Part shown: positions 37,751-49,697 of the stretch, piece after piece
Position numbering within the stretch: position 1 is the stretch's first letter
Layout of the letters: each line of letters starts with the position of its first letter
Assembly: GCF_006345805.1 (NCBI RefSeq)
Contig: NC_043021.1
Span: forward strand, 22,568,001 to 22,632,000
Direction of reading: 5' to 3'
From: Octopus sinensis
Lineage: Eukaryota
Length of the DNA stretch: 64,000 bases
Position numbers and translations under genes: made by a program
The notes under the pieces: generated by a model
What the model was told of the DNA's origin: nothing
Database searches by the model: none
What the model saw: only the letters and a program-made list of their open reading frames with translations

Positions 37751-40700
37751 CATAAATGCATACATGTATGTACAAACGAACGCACACACACACACACATA
37801 CACTTACATGTGATGCCATAATTGTAAATGTTATAGAACCGAACAACTCAAATAAAACTTCAAACAATAAGTACAATAACACGAATAACAGCAACAATAA
37901 CAACAACAACAACAACACCACCACCAGCAACAAAAACAATGACACCGACGACCTAAGAATTTCTAATGGGAAATCAATAACTGATAATTTCATAGCTATC
38001 AAATTTTGCAATGATCTTTATCTTTTATAATAGTAATGAGAAATGGAAGAAAAATTTTTCGGAAAATGTCAAAACATTCGATGAATGTATTTATTAAGAA
38101 ACGGAAGATATATGGGTGTGGAGACGAAATACAGATTATGCTAATATTAACACTCATACTTATTAAACTACCAAGATTGCGAGCTGGCACAAATGCTAGC
38201 ACGCTGGACAAAATGCCTAGTAGCATTTCCAGTGCCATTGATTTCCTTGTTCAAACACCGATGCGGTCGACTTTGCTTCCCATTCTTTTGAGGTCGAAAA
38301 AATACGTATTGTTCCAACACTCTGATCGAGTGTGTGTATGTATGCATGTATGTACGTACGTATGTATGTATGTGCGTACGTACGTATGTGTTCTTTTGAC
38401 TGTTTGCACGCATCACCGTTTGACAGCTCCTGCTAATGCGTAAATTAATGTGTGAATTAGATGTTCGGCAACAGTAAACGATGGAAAGAACCAGGCTTTA
38501 AAAAAAGTAATACTTCTATCAATTCGTTTGAGGAAAACTTCGACGAAGCGCTTCCCCAGCTTCCCTGATACAAAAGATAGCATCGCAGTATGTGGTGGAT
38601 TTGACGTCAGCTTTCTAACACTACATTAATCATCAATTACAAGAGTCTCTCAATATTGTTTGGAACTGCCAAATATACACTTAACGCGAATTTTCATCTT
38701 TAAATCGTGAATTAATACTCCATAGTAAAATTAAACGTTAGTTGCTTATGACTGAAATAACATTGATCAACTGTCTGCTCAATCAGATTTAACCCGGGGC
38801 TACATCAAATAAACGAGAGGATAAACAATAACAAATAGGTGTATCAATCCATGAAGCTGCTAAAAAGTCAAGAAAGTAAATAGATTACCTGCGTACCGTA
38901 TTAAATAACGAAATTCAAAATTTAATATAATCTTTGATGCACCTTTAAAAATCCAGAAATTATACAGCTGTACTACGTTTGATCAGAGACCTGCAAATTT
39001 AAGCTTGACTTGAAGGTAAACAACAATATCAACCAATGCTAAACATTGGAATAATTCCACTTTACAATTTAACAACTCATCGAATATTCAAGGTATATTA
39101 ACCAACTAATATAATCAAACATAATGAAATGTAAACTTGAGACGAAACTAGATTAAGAATTTCTGAAATTCAATCGGTTGAACGTAATCCAATCTATATA
39201 AGTCGTAACCGCGTTTAGTTGAACTTTTCTCATGATGGAACAACATATCAGCATCGAAGAGATATAAAATCTGTAGAGAAGGAAATAGAGAGGATTGAAA
39301 ACGAACAGAGAGAAATGACAATGGAAGTTAGTACGAAAGAGAAAATTGGTCTACTTCACTAATATATACATTACTGTATATATATACATATGTACAAACG
39401 CACATTTAAATATTCATACATATACACACACATGTTTACATATATAGTGAGAGAGAAACGTTTGTGAAAAATGTGTGTATATAGAATGGTACATATGTTT
39501 ATGTACATAAAAGATTATGTATGTATGTGTATATGTATGTATAATCAGTGAGTTGTGAAATTAAGTACAAGATTTTTTTTAACTTGAAGGGCTGTCTATC
39601 TTTAACATCACAAAATAGACTTTCAAATGTAATTTCCTTCGTGTGTGCCTGTATGTATTTGTCAGATTTATCTCTCTATATAGATATACATAAATGCGTC
39701 AACATATATAAATACACGCATACATTTACATCCATCATGTAATATCTTCATCTTTTTCTTCATTATTTTTTTTGATGAGAGGATTAATTATTATTTTATT
39801 TGTTTTTGGTTCATCGTTCATTTTCGTACAAAATCGATAAATGGTTCAAGATATTTGGCTTAGAATATATTCCGAGAAGCTTAACTTCGATTTAAATAGA
39901 TTAAAGACATTTTTTTTCTTTCTTTCAAAGAGAAGGATGAAGATAAAGAGTAGGTGAGTTGATTCATTAAAAGAATACAAAAGCAATGAATAAATAAATA
40001 GATAAAAATCCATTCTAATCAGTTCAGACGGGACTTCATTGAAAGAGTGAAAGCTTTTTTTTTGTATTTTATTTTATTTTATTTTTATTTTCAAAGGAAA
40101 AACAAGTAAAGAAAACAATACGAGAGAAAAAATTTAAAACACCCGAACATTTTTGGCTTTAAACCAGAAGTTGCATTAAAAACCAATAGAATTCGTTATA
40201 AAGTAAACCTTAATAACAGGAAGAGAGAGAGAGAGAGAGAGATAGAAAGGGAGAGACAGAGAGACTGAGAGAGAGACAAAAAGAGAGACTGAATGAGAGA
40301 GACGAAAATAACAAAGAGTTTCTGTCTTTAAACATGTTCTCAGACGGCTTCGAAATTGCGTTTTAATGTTTAGATTTTTTAAAAGGGCACGTTACACTCT
40401 GGAATCAATGTGTGTCTTTTGTTAAAGAGAACAGGAACTGGCAGCTATCAGAGTAATTGTTGGTTTCTCAAAGAAGAACAGGAAAAGACTGATACTTGAA
40501 AATTGATTTGTAATGTTATTTATCAAAGGTTATATCGTATTAAAAATCGTGCCCCCCCCTTACACATCTTGCTCTACTGCAACTGAAATTAACTGGAACG
40601 ATTTCAGCAATTCGTGAAGTTGTTATTTATATCGTTTACAAGGCAATAGAATATAGAAATATAAAAGATATTGGCCTAAAATAAATATTAGCATTATATC

Positions 40701-41671
40701 TGAGCTGGGCAAAAGAAGAGAAATACTAATCTGTATTATAACATGGTATTCATTTTCGAGACAGTTTTCCTAAGCATCCACATGCAGCACGCTCACAGAT
40801 GGTCAGACTTAGACAGTAAGAGCACCGTGCGTACATACATACATATATACATACCTGTAATCAGTCATATGTACTTGCACGTTACTTCACAATCTACCCC
40901 TCAGTTCCCAGGATTGTGTCACTTTTCCTCGCTATTTGCAAGTATTTCGGTATATGCATATCTATAGCGATATCTATATATCTATCTATCTATCTATTTA
41001 TCTATGTTTGTCTGTCTATCAATCAAATTATCTATCTATCTATCAATCTATCTATCTATCTATCCATAGTAGGTTGAAAAGTAACACAGTTGTTGATATA
41101 TATGAGGAAAATATGACAAGGTAGAAAATGCTACACTAATTTTACCATGAAATACGTTTTGTAATGGTTAGCATCGGTGTCAGTATTTTCGATTTTTTCA
41201 ACCAAGAGTAAAACAAAGGTGGATATTAATTAAGAAGAAAAACAATTAAATGTAAGAAAAAAATTAAATGAAATGTTTTGTAAATATATCCCAAGTCTTC
41301 AAATAGGTAGGTGTTTTCTTTTTTTTTTTTTGTTCTGTCTGTTTGTCTCTCTTTACTTTTGTGTTGGCTCGGAAGGGATCTCAAAGAAAAAGTGCTTATT
41401 TGTACAGAGAAATGTGTTTCCAAAGTTTAATGGTTTTAGCAGTAACAGGCGAGGAAAAGATAGTGCGAACAAAGAAGGAGGGAGGAGAAGAAGAGGAAGC
41501 AGAGGATGTAGTACGGGACATGTAGAAGAGGAAGTAGAAGAAAAAACAAAAGGTGGGAGTGGTATGATTCAGTCTGTGGAATCTACTTTAATGATCAAGT
41601 AATTAAAATTGACATGTTGTGGTCATAATATTAATGGTAGGAAATGTTATTAAACTTATGGGTAGCGATTG

Positions 41672-41713
<42 letters not shown>

Positions 41714-41716
<3 letters not shown>

Positions 41717-42113
41717 ACTCTTTTACTTGTTTCAGTCGTTTGACTGCAGCCATGCTGGAGCACCGCCTTTTAGTCGAGCAAATCGACCCCGGGACTTATT
41801 CTTTTTTAAGCCCAGTACTTATTCTATCGGACTCTTTTGCCGAACCGCTAGGTAACGGGGACATAAACACACCAGCATCGGTTGTCTAGCAATGCTAGGG
41901 GGACAAACACAGACATATATATATATATATACATATACATGTATATGTACATATATACGACGGGCTTCTTTCAGTTTCCGTCTGCCAAATCCACTCACAA
42001 GGCTTTGGTCGGCCCGAGGCTGTAGTAGAAGACACATGCCGAAGGTGCCACGCTGTGGGACGGAACCATGTGGTTGGTAAACAAGCTACTTACCACAGAG
42101 CCACTCCTGCGCC

Positions 42114-42116
<3 letters not shown>
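41714..42116 (-). mobile_element. SINE family A, full length
   Basis: Reverse complement of the family A head through tail. Confidence 0.92.
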
Positions 42117-42147
<31 letters not shown>

Positions 42148-42580
42148 ATATATATTATAGAGGGCATTATTAGACATAAATGCCACACGCTAGGAGGGAC
42201 TCTTAAAGTCAAAACTACTAAAATAAGTAAACATATCGTACCGAAACCAACGTTCGAAGCAAGACATTTAAAAACAGAATTCAGCTGCATATCACACTGT
42301 GATTTCGTAATCAGTGCAGTGGTATGCACTCTTTACTACTCAGTGCAAGCATAATTCAAGATTTATAATGAATGAACAAAGACAACATACCAGGCGAACA
42401 ACCATCGAATCCTTGTTGTGGTGTCATCTGAGATGGAACTATTCAAAAAAGGATTTTATATATATATATATATTACTCTGTTATCGGTCTCAGCGTAGAA
42501 CTGTAAAGCCGTCCCCCATAATGGGAATGCACTAGCATGGCCAGAGTGCGAAGCTGAAGCAGATAATACATATACATAAA

Positions 42581-42712
42581 GATTTCAGGAGGACGATTGG
42601 CATATTGTGGATGAGAAAGGCGCAATCCAGAGAGGATTGGACAGCGTGTTGTGACCAGCGGTGTCAAATGGACGCCCGACGGACTGATCGGTCAAGATGA
42701 TCAAGGTGATTA
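42581..42712 (+). mobile_element. RTE-clade LINE, extreme 3' end
   Basis: DFRRTIGILWMRKAQSREDWTACCDQRCQMDARRTDRSR* (WMRxAQxRxxW motif), followed by a TGATCAAGGTGA tail. Confidence 0.6.
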
Positions 42713-43084
42713 AGATTTATAGATAGCAGGAAGCCAGAGTGGGAAAATGAATTAAGAGAAGCGGTGATCTAGAGAAAGTTGAACAAAATATATTGAGTAT
42801 GAAACCATACAGTAATTGAATGGGTTTGATTGACACTGATTCAGGGTTTTCGAAGAGTCAGTGCCGGGAAAATTCTATTGGTTCCGTTTACGATGGAGAT
42901 TCGTTCAAATTTTCGGAGATGCAGAGAATTTACTGACTGGAGTGAAGGAGAGAAATTGACGTATTTTATTTATAGGTAGTGTAATTAAATATATATTCGC
43001 GTAGAGAATTGCATCGACATAACCACTTGCATACGGATACGATATACACTACCAAATGCATATAAATATATGGAAAAGGTATAT

Positions 43085-43133
<49 letters not shown>

Positions 43134-43975
43134 ATAAACGTATAAGTATATATATGTGTGTGGGTTTTTGTGTGGTGGGTTCATATACATGCATTTAAAT
43201 CTATATAAGAATATATATATATTTACATATATTATATATATCTATATATATGTGTGTGTGTAAATATATATATATATATGTAAGGTGTGTCTATCATTAA
43301 ATGATTGTATATAAATATATATATATAATATCTATATAAAGTAAGGGTATGATATATCCATATAAAGAATGTTATGTGTGTGCCTGTGCGAGTGAGTGTT
43401 TGGTGAGAGATAGATATAGATAGATAGCTAGATATGAATTTATTAATGCATTCTGCTCCCTATATATTAAAAACCATATATTATATTTAATAAGTATGAT
43501 ATACGAGTTGATATTTGCAAAACTCTATAGTTTTCAATATAATTTCCTTACGTTTCTCTCTGTGGTTTCATAAAATTCTGCTGACGGTTTTGTGTAGAAG
43601 CCAGCAACTTGTGAAACAGATTGGCAAAAAGATGAAAGCACTTAAGATCAATTATAACGGAATAAGAACAATAGGAATCGATAATAGTCAGAACTATCAA
43701 TCATCCGGCACATACATATACATTAGGCTGTAGCAAGACGTTATAATTACTTGTATATATATGTGTATATATATATATGAGGGAATAGAGAGAGGTGTGA
43801 ATGTGTGTGCATGCGTGGTCATATATATATATGATTTGCATCTATATACACATACTCGCCTGTGCGAGGGCGCCGATAGAAATATACATACATATATGCA
43901 TAAATATAATTTCTATGTTTTGAACATATGGGGGCGCGTGTGTAAACGTAGAAGCATACATACATAAATATATAT

Positions 43976-44007
<32 letters not shown>

Positions 44008-44404
44008 CATGAATACATACATACATATATATAAACATGGACACAAATACTCTGTGTGTCTTTCAGTTTTGCGCCTACGTGACAGGCCCTCAATTTTCCC
44101 ATATTAATTTCTACTTATTATTTCTTCGGAAATAATCCAAGTACTATCTCTTTTCGTTTTTGTTTATATATATATATATGTATAATGTGTGTGTGTATTG
44201 TTTCATTTTATTTTTCTCTTTTTTTATCCTTTTTTTTACAAAAACCTATTCGCACGAATAATTAGAGGCTGATAGACATATGTGTATGATTGGTGATATT
44301 AAGAACAATACAATCAACACAAGTTACAACAATATAAATTAATGCAACAAAAGCGACAGCGCCAACGACTTCAGTGTTGCAACCATGATTCCGAATATTC
44401 TAAT

Positions 44405-44451
44405 AGCTAATAATAATAATGTTAATAATAATAATGATAATAATAATAACG

Positions 44452-44488
<37 letters not shown>

Positions 44489-44860
44489 TAATCCTTTCTA
44501 CTCGAAGGACAAGGCCTCAAATGTGGGGGACGATATTAAGTCGATTACATCGAGCCTAGTGCGTAACTGATACTAAATTTATCGACCCCGGCGGCATTTG
44601 AACAGAGAACGTGAAAACAGACCAAATAACGCTAAGCATTTCGTCCGGCTTGCTAACGATTCTGCCAGTTCCTCGCTGCTTTAATAATTATAGTGTCTAA
44701 AATAGGCACAAGGCCTGTATTTTGTGGAGAGGCGGATACTCAATCTCATCGACCCCAGTGTGTGACTGCTACTTATTTCATCGATACCGAAAGGACGGAA
44801 GGCGAATTCGATTTCGGCGAAATTTGAAACTCAGAACGTAAAACGGATTAGATGCCGGAA
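44405..44860 (-). mobile_element. Two diverged family B-like SINE copies with an (AAT)n tail
   Basis: AAGTCGATTACATCGA..AGTGCGTAACTG and GCTAACGATTCTGCCAG motifs on the reverse strand; (AAT)n at 44405-44487. Confidence 0.75.
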
Positions 44861-47467
44861 GAAATTAAAGAAACTAATTCCTGATGGTGCTGCGAACCTA
44901 TCTCATTATTGTTAGATTAAGGAACTTTTATCAGGACAGATTTCGTCAGGTCGTACTTATTCACATTACACATAACTTGCTGGAAGACAAAGCTACCATT
45001 TTCTAATCATCCTTTCTTCTTCATGTTTTTCTTCATCATATACTCGCTTAAGTCTTACTGTGACAACACTTGAAACGAAGAGTAATGCAAATCAACGCCA
45101 GTACTCATTCTATCAGCTTTGTGATTAACGATCAGATACCCGGTACAGAGCTAGCCAAATTCGTTTCCCAAAGCTAATGAAGATAACCACACACAGTCAC
45201 TCACACATACACACACAAGACCTCAACACAAACACACACACAAACGTATATATATATATATAACTTGAGCAAAAATTTAGATTCAGATGAACATGGTACT
45301 TATGTTGAGGCACTAGAATTCAGTACGGTATTATCCAAACGATTTCAACATAAGGTGATTATAATAAAATAAGCAACAAGGATATCCATGCCTTACAAAT
45401 TGGGCATGAGCCGATCAAAACAGATAATCTTTGAAATAGTTTTATTTTGAGAAAATATGTTAAGGAACTATGAATGGAAACGAGACTTTCTTTTAAAAAC
45501 ACCATCACACATCGTCTGTGCTTTCCCAGCGAGAACTTTGAAATGTGATGATTTGTTTTGTATTTAATCGCAATGGGAGAAATATGAGATGTAATTACAG
45601 CTCTAAGGTCTTTCACGACATTGTTTGACAACGAAAGAATAAATTATTTCGCAAAATGCAGCAGAACATCATGACCAGAAATATCTTCCATAACTAATAA
45701 TGAATTAAAATATGAGAAAAACCTAATTGTCCAAGATTTGCATGAGGGCGAAACCGTGTCTATGATTGTAGACACTATTTTACTTCCCATTAAAAGGGGA
45801 GAAGTTTCAAGACATTTATCAACTATTATATTAAAATATGTGACAAGGAACTTCTTCGAATCATCCGTAATCATAGAATCGCCCTAAAGTCTCATTCTTA
45901 AATTGGATTCTTCGTGTCTTTTGCGATATAATAAAGTATGTATTCTAGTAGCTGAATACAAACCTGATTGAAGAGACGGCATTAAGAGGCTTCTCTGCAG
46001 ATCAGGAACATCTCAACAATTCCCATTTAACGCAGTACAAAAGACGATTTGAATTGAGAGCCAATTCCGTAAGCAAGCATGTTTTGTCATGACTATCAAC
46101 AATTTCTCGTCGCAAACAAGGAAAACAAAACACCCTTTACCAAGAAGCTTTACGATAATGTGAACAAATGGATTTTTGACGTTAATTCTAAACAAGTTTA
46201 AATCCCTGAGCCTTTCGACAGTATAAGGCCGGTTATATCGACAGGCGATTATATAAGTATGATTAGGACATAGACAAATAAAAATACGGAATAGCAATAA
46301 TAGTTATCACCGTAAATCTTTACTACACTAACAATGTCAATACCATCTACAGTAACATTACTACTACTAGTAGTAACGATAATAATAATAATCATGATAA
46401 TTGTTCCTTTTATTTTTTTGGTAATAATAAGAAGCGCAACAATAGCTACCATTCATTAATGATGATTTGAAGGAAATTTGAGACCATCTTCATTTGAATG
46501 GAAACAGTTTTGTCTAAAGGATGAGGCGATTGTGATTATAACAATATAATATTTATGTATTGTGAACCAATTTTGAAATTTCCCATTTCGTTCTTAATAA
46601 GTAGATATTTTTCTCCTTTTCAATGCTCTGTGTTTTTTGGCGTTTATTTTTAATGTTTTCCGTGTTCCTAATGAATAGTTTTGAGGACTTCATCTACTTG
46701 TAGAAATTCGTTTTGAATGAATGCTTATTATTTTTATTATTAATTTTACTTTCACTTTTGTCTTCGCTCCCTATTATTAATTGTTTCGGGAAATATTTAT
46801 ATTATTTCAATCTTTTCAGGCTTATCGTGTCAGTAGTTTATTTTTGTATTCACTGCTATAAATTCAACTCTTTCATCTCTTCTGATTTTATTCATTTATT
46901 TTATAGCTTCGTTTGTTTGTTTCTCTAATTTTCGTTCTTTATGAATTAATACGCCATTTTGTTTGTTGTTTTCTTTTGTGTTTTGCGTCGATTTGATTTT
47001 CATTTATTGTCCCTGATGACAACGAAAACAATGTCATTTATCGTTGTAAAAATGAAAAAAAAAAAATATAAAGGTCTTCATGCATTGTCACAAAACCCAT
47101 TATTCTCCTTCGTTATTTCGGGTCGGAATATCTTAAAATTTTTAACCATCCGGTTATTCCAGAAAGAGTAAAGTCCTCAGTCAACTCTTCGATACAACCC
47201 TTCATAAAGCACATAAGCAATCGCCAGTAGACTTTCTGGCTAGCTTCCCAAACCAATCACGATTAAGTAGCTGTGTGTTTTATCCAACTAGCTCTGTTAT
47301 TACTCTAGGAAGATGTTGCCTGCTGGTTGTTTCCGGTTTTAGAAGGCGCTTTCTGATACTTTCCCGCAGCATTGCTTATACATATATAGTCAGTACAGAT
47401 ATAGGGTGAAATATAATTAATTTAATAAAATCAACAAATTTCACCTAGTAGTATTTCGGTATGGTCC

Positions 47468-47508
<41 letters not shown>

Positions 47509-47511
<3 letters not shown>

Positions 47512-47903
47512 TTATATATAAAAGAAAGGTTGTGTGTCTGTCTACTCCGATTTAGATTCCTAACTGCTCCCACATTTTGCGGTGCAGTTTAACCAAAACC
47601 GGTTAATCTTATAGTCGTGATTCATATCGAGCCCTTCTGGGTATTAGCGCGCGTCTACGATGAGACTTCGATTTTTAAAATAATTTACCATAATTTTTTT
47701 TCCATTTTAATGCATATTCTTTTTTAATGTAAGGGAAGTAACTCTCTAAAAATGTCTACGATGAGTCAATGATTTAAAAAAAATTACCACATTTTTTTTT
47801 CCATTATTAATGCATTCTTTGCTATTTTTGGCTATAACTCTCTAAAAATGCTTAAATAGTTATTTCCCTTACAAACCCGAGCAACGCCGGGCGATACTGC
47901 CAG
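47509..47903 (+). mobile_element. Non-autonomous Helitron (Lep1-like architecture)
   Basis: 5' TCTTTATATATAAAAG..TGTGTGTCTGTCT after a (TA)n tract. The 3' end has a GC hairpin CCCGAGCAACGCCGGG, then CTGCCAG (a CTAG variant). Internal duplication of about 70 bp at 47653 and 47754. Confidence 0.7.
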
Positions 47904-48200
47904 AATAAATATATATATTACAAATTATATACTTTTTGTTTATTATTTTGTACATTACTTAATCATTGGCATATGTTTTTATCTTGTATTTATTTTATTT
48001 CTATATGGTAGAGTTTTAATTATTTCATTGCTGAATTGATAAAAGGGGTTTTTTATCTAGTTTTTATACATATATTTTGTGAAATTTGATTTAGTATTTC
48101 TAAATTGATTTTTTTCCATATAAGTTTGGAATAATATTCCCTAATATATATATATATAAATATAAATATATACATATATAGATTCAGCGAGAGGGAGACA

Positions 48201-48300
48201 TACGAGGGGTGTCATTTGTTGCAGGATGCCGATAATTCAGTCACAAATGGTTTGTATTGTTTATGACAGCAAGTGTAACCAGGGTTTGTAACTTAATGCG
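48201..48300 (+). mobile_element. Possible mariner 5' TIR remnant
   Basis: TACGAGGGGTGTCA start resembles mariner TIRs. No transposase sequence recognised. Confidence 0.3.
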
Positions 48301-48597
48301 AATTATAAAAAAGAAATTTTCTTCGTTTTCTTTTTCTGTCGCTCTTTGAGCAATGTAGTGATCTGAAATAAAGATTCATATACACTTAAAAATATGATCG
48401 GCTATATATATAGAAATCTATCTATCTCTCTATCTATCTATCTATATATATATATAGAAATCTCTCTCCTCTCTCTCTCTCTCTCTATCATATATCTATA
48501 TATATATATATATATAGAAATCTCTCTCCTTCTCTCTCTCTCTCTCTATCTATATATATTATATATAGAAATCTCTCTCCTTCTCTCTCTCTCTACC

Positions 48598-48629
<32 letters not shown>

Positions 48630-48687
48630 TTATATAGAAATCTCTCTCCTTCTCTCTCTCTCTCTACCTATTATATTATATATATAT

Positions 48688-48736
<49 letters not shown>

Positions 48737-48813
48737 CTCTCTCTTTCTCTCTCTCTCTCTACCTATATATATATATATATATCTATACAATATGTTACAT
48801 TACTCGGTAGTCA

Positions 48814-48877
48814 AGATAAAACTCTGAGTTTCAGATGCCGAAGTGGAAATCCACAACACCATCTCTTCGGTTATCTG
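48814..48877 (-). ncRNA. Type I hammerhead ribozyme motif, U4C core variant (minus copy)
   Basis: AGAUAA-CCGAAGA-GAUG...CAUC-U-GAAA-CUCAGAG-UU|UUAUCU. Confidence 0.6.
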
Positions 48878-48910
48878 GCTATTTGAAAACATAAGCTATT
48901 TTTCAAATAG

Positions 48911-48974
48911 CAGATAACCGAAGAGATGGTGTTGTGGATTCCACTTCGGCATCTGAAACTCAGAGTTTTATCTG
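48911..48974 (+). ncRNA. Type I hammerhead ribozyme motif, U4C core variant (plus copy)
   Basis: CAGAUAA-CCGAAGA-GAUG..GUGGAUUCCAC..CAUC-U-GAAA-CUCAGAG-UU|UUAUCUG. 7-bp stem I, stem III ACUC/GAGU, GUU triplet. Confidence 0.65.
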
Positions 48975-49138
48975 GACTACCGAGTTATGTAACATATTGT
49001 ATAGATAAATTTCCTCTATTTACATAATATTGAGGTCTCTTTCTTTCTTTTGTTATCTTACCGTTTTATCAATATATATATATATATATAGATATATATA
49101 TATATATAGAAATCTCTCTCCTTCCTCTCTCTCTCTAC

Positions 49139-49174
<36 letters not shown>

Positions 49175-49331
49175 ATATAGAAATCTCTCTCCTTCTCTCT
49201 CTCTCTCTATCTATATATATAGAAATCTCTCTCCTTCTCTCTCTCTCTCTATCTATTATATATATAGAAATCTCTTCCTTCTCTCTCGCTCTCTCTCTCT
49301 CTATCTATATATATATAGAAATCTCTCTCCT

Positions 49332-49389
<58 letters not shown>

Positions 49390-49584
49390 AAGCAATGCAT
49401 TAATTAATTGAGTAACATCAAGCTTCGACATTTTTTCTCATCCGGTACCTATTACTGTAAGCAGCCATATCTTACAATATTACGCTATCGATTAGAAAAT
49501 ATAATGACAGAAAACGCAGATGGCTGCATCAAAGCTGTAACACAAAACCAATGGATCCATTGCTAGTTGCTATTCTTTCAACAG

Positions 49585-49697
49585 CCTTTAATGATCGTAT
49601 GATAAATTTATATGCCGAGATGGTAGCTGACAACGGATTGATGTGTTCTGCACATCACTGTTACTATGATATTTGCAACTGTGTACAATACAAAGAG
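49585..49697 (+). CDS. Candidate internal coding exon (xFNDRMINLYAEMVADNGLMCSAHHCYYDICNCVQYKE)
   Basis: Acceptor TATTCTTTCAACAG, donor GAG|GTACTG, 113 nt with only one open frame, and a Cys/His cluster. No confident homology. Confidence 0.25.

Larger units (their letters stand above)
48781..49006. repeat. 226-bp palindrome made of two inverted hammerhead-containing arms
   Basis: Arms 48781-48889 and 48900-49006 with a 10-nt loop and only a few mismatches or indels. Confidence 0.95.
48394..49385. repeat. Compound minisatellite (TA)n-GAAATCTCTCTCCTT-(CT)n on both sides of the HHR palindrome
   Basis: About ten units at 48394-48780 and 49070-49385, all in the same orientation. Confidence 0.9.

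Noticed and set aside
37680-38030. Asn-rich ORF
   Set aside because: (AAC)n/(AAT)n microsatellite fused to a TA tract.
45359-45874. Two in-frame minus ORFs (76 and 90 aa) separated by one TAA
   Set aside because: No recognisable homology, motif or splice support. It could be a decayed element, but I cannot support that.
47013-47035. CTGATGA-CAAC-GAAA hammerhead-like match
   Set aside because: No stem II and no consistent stem I or III pairing.
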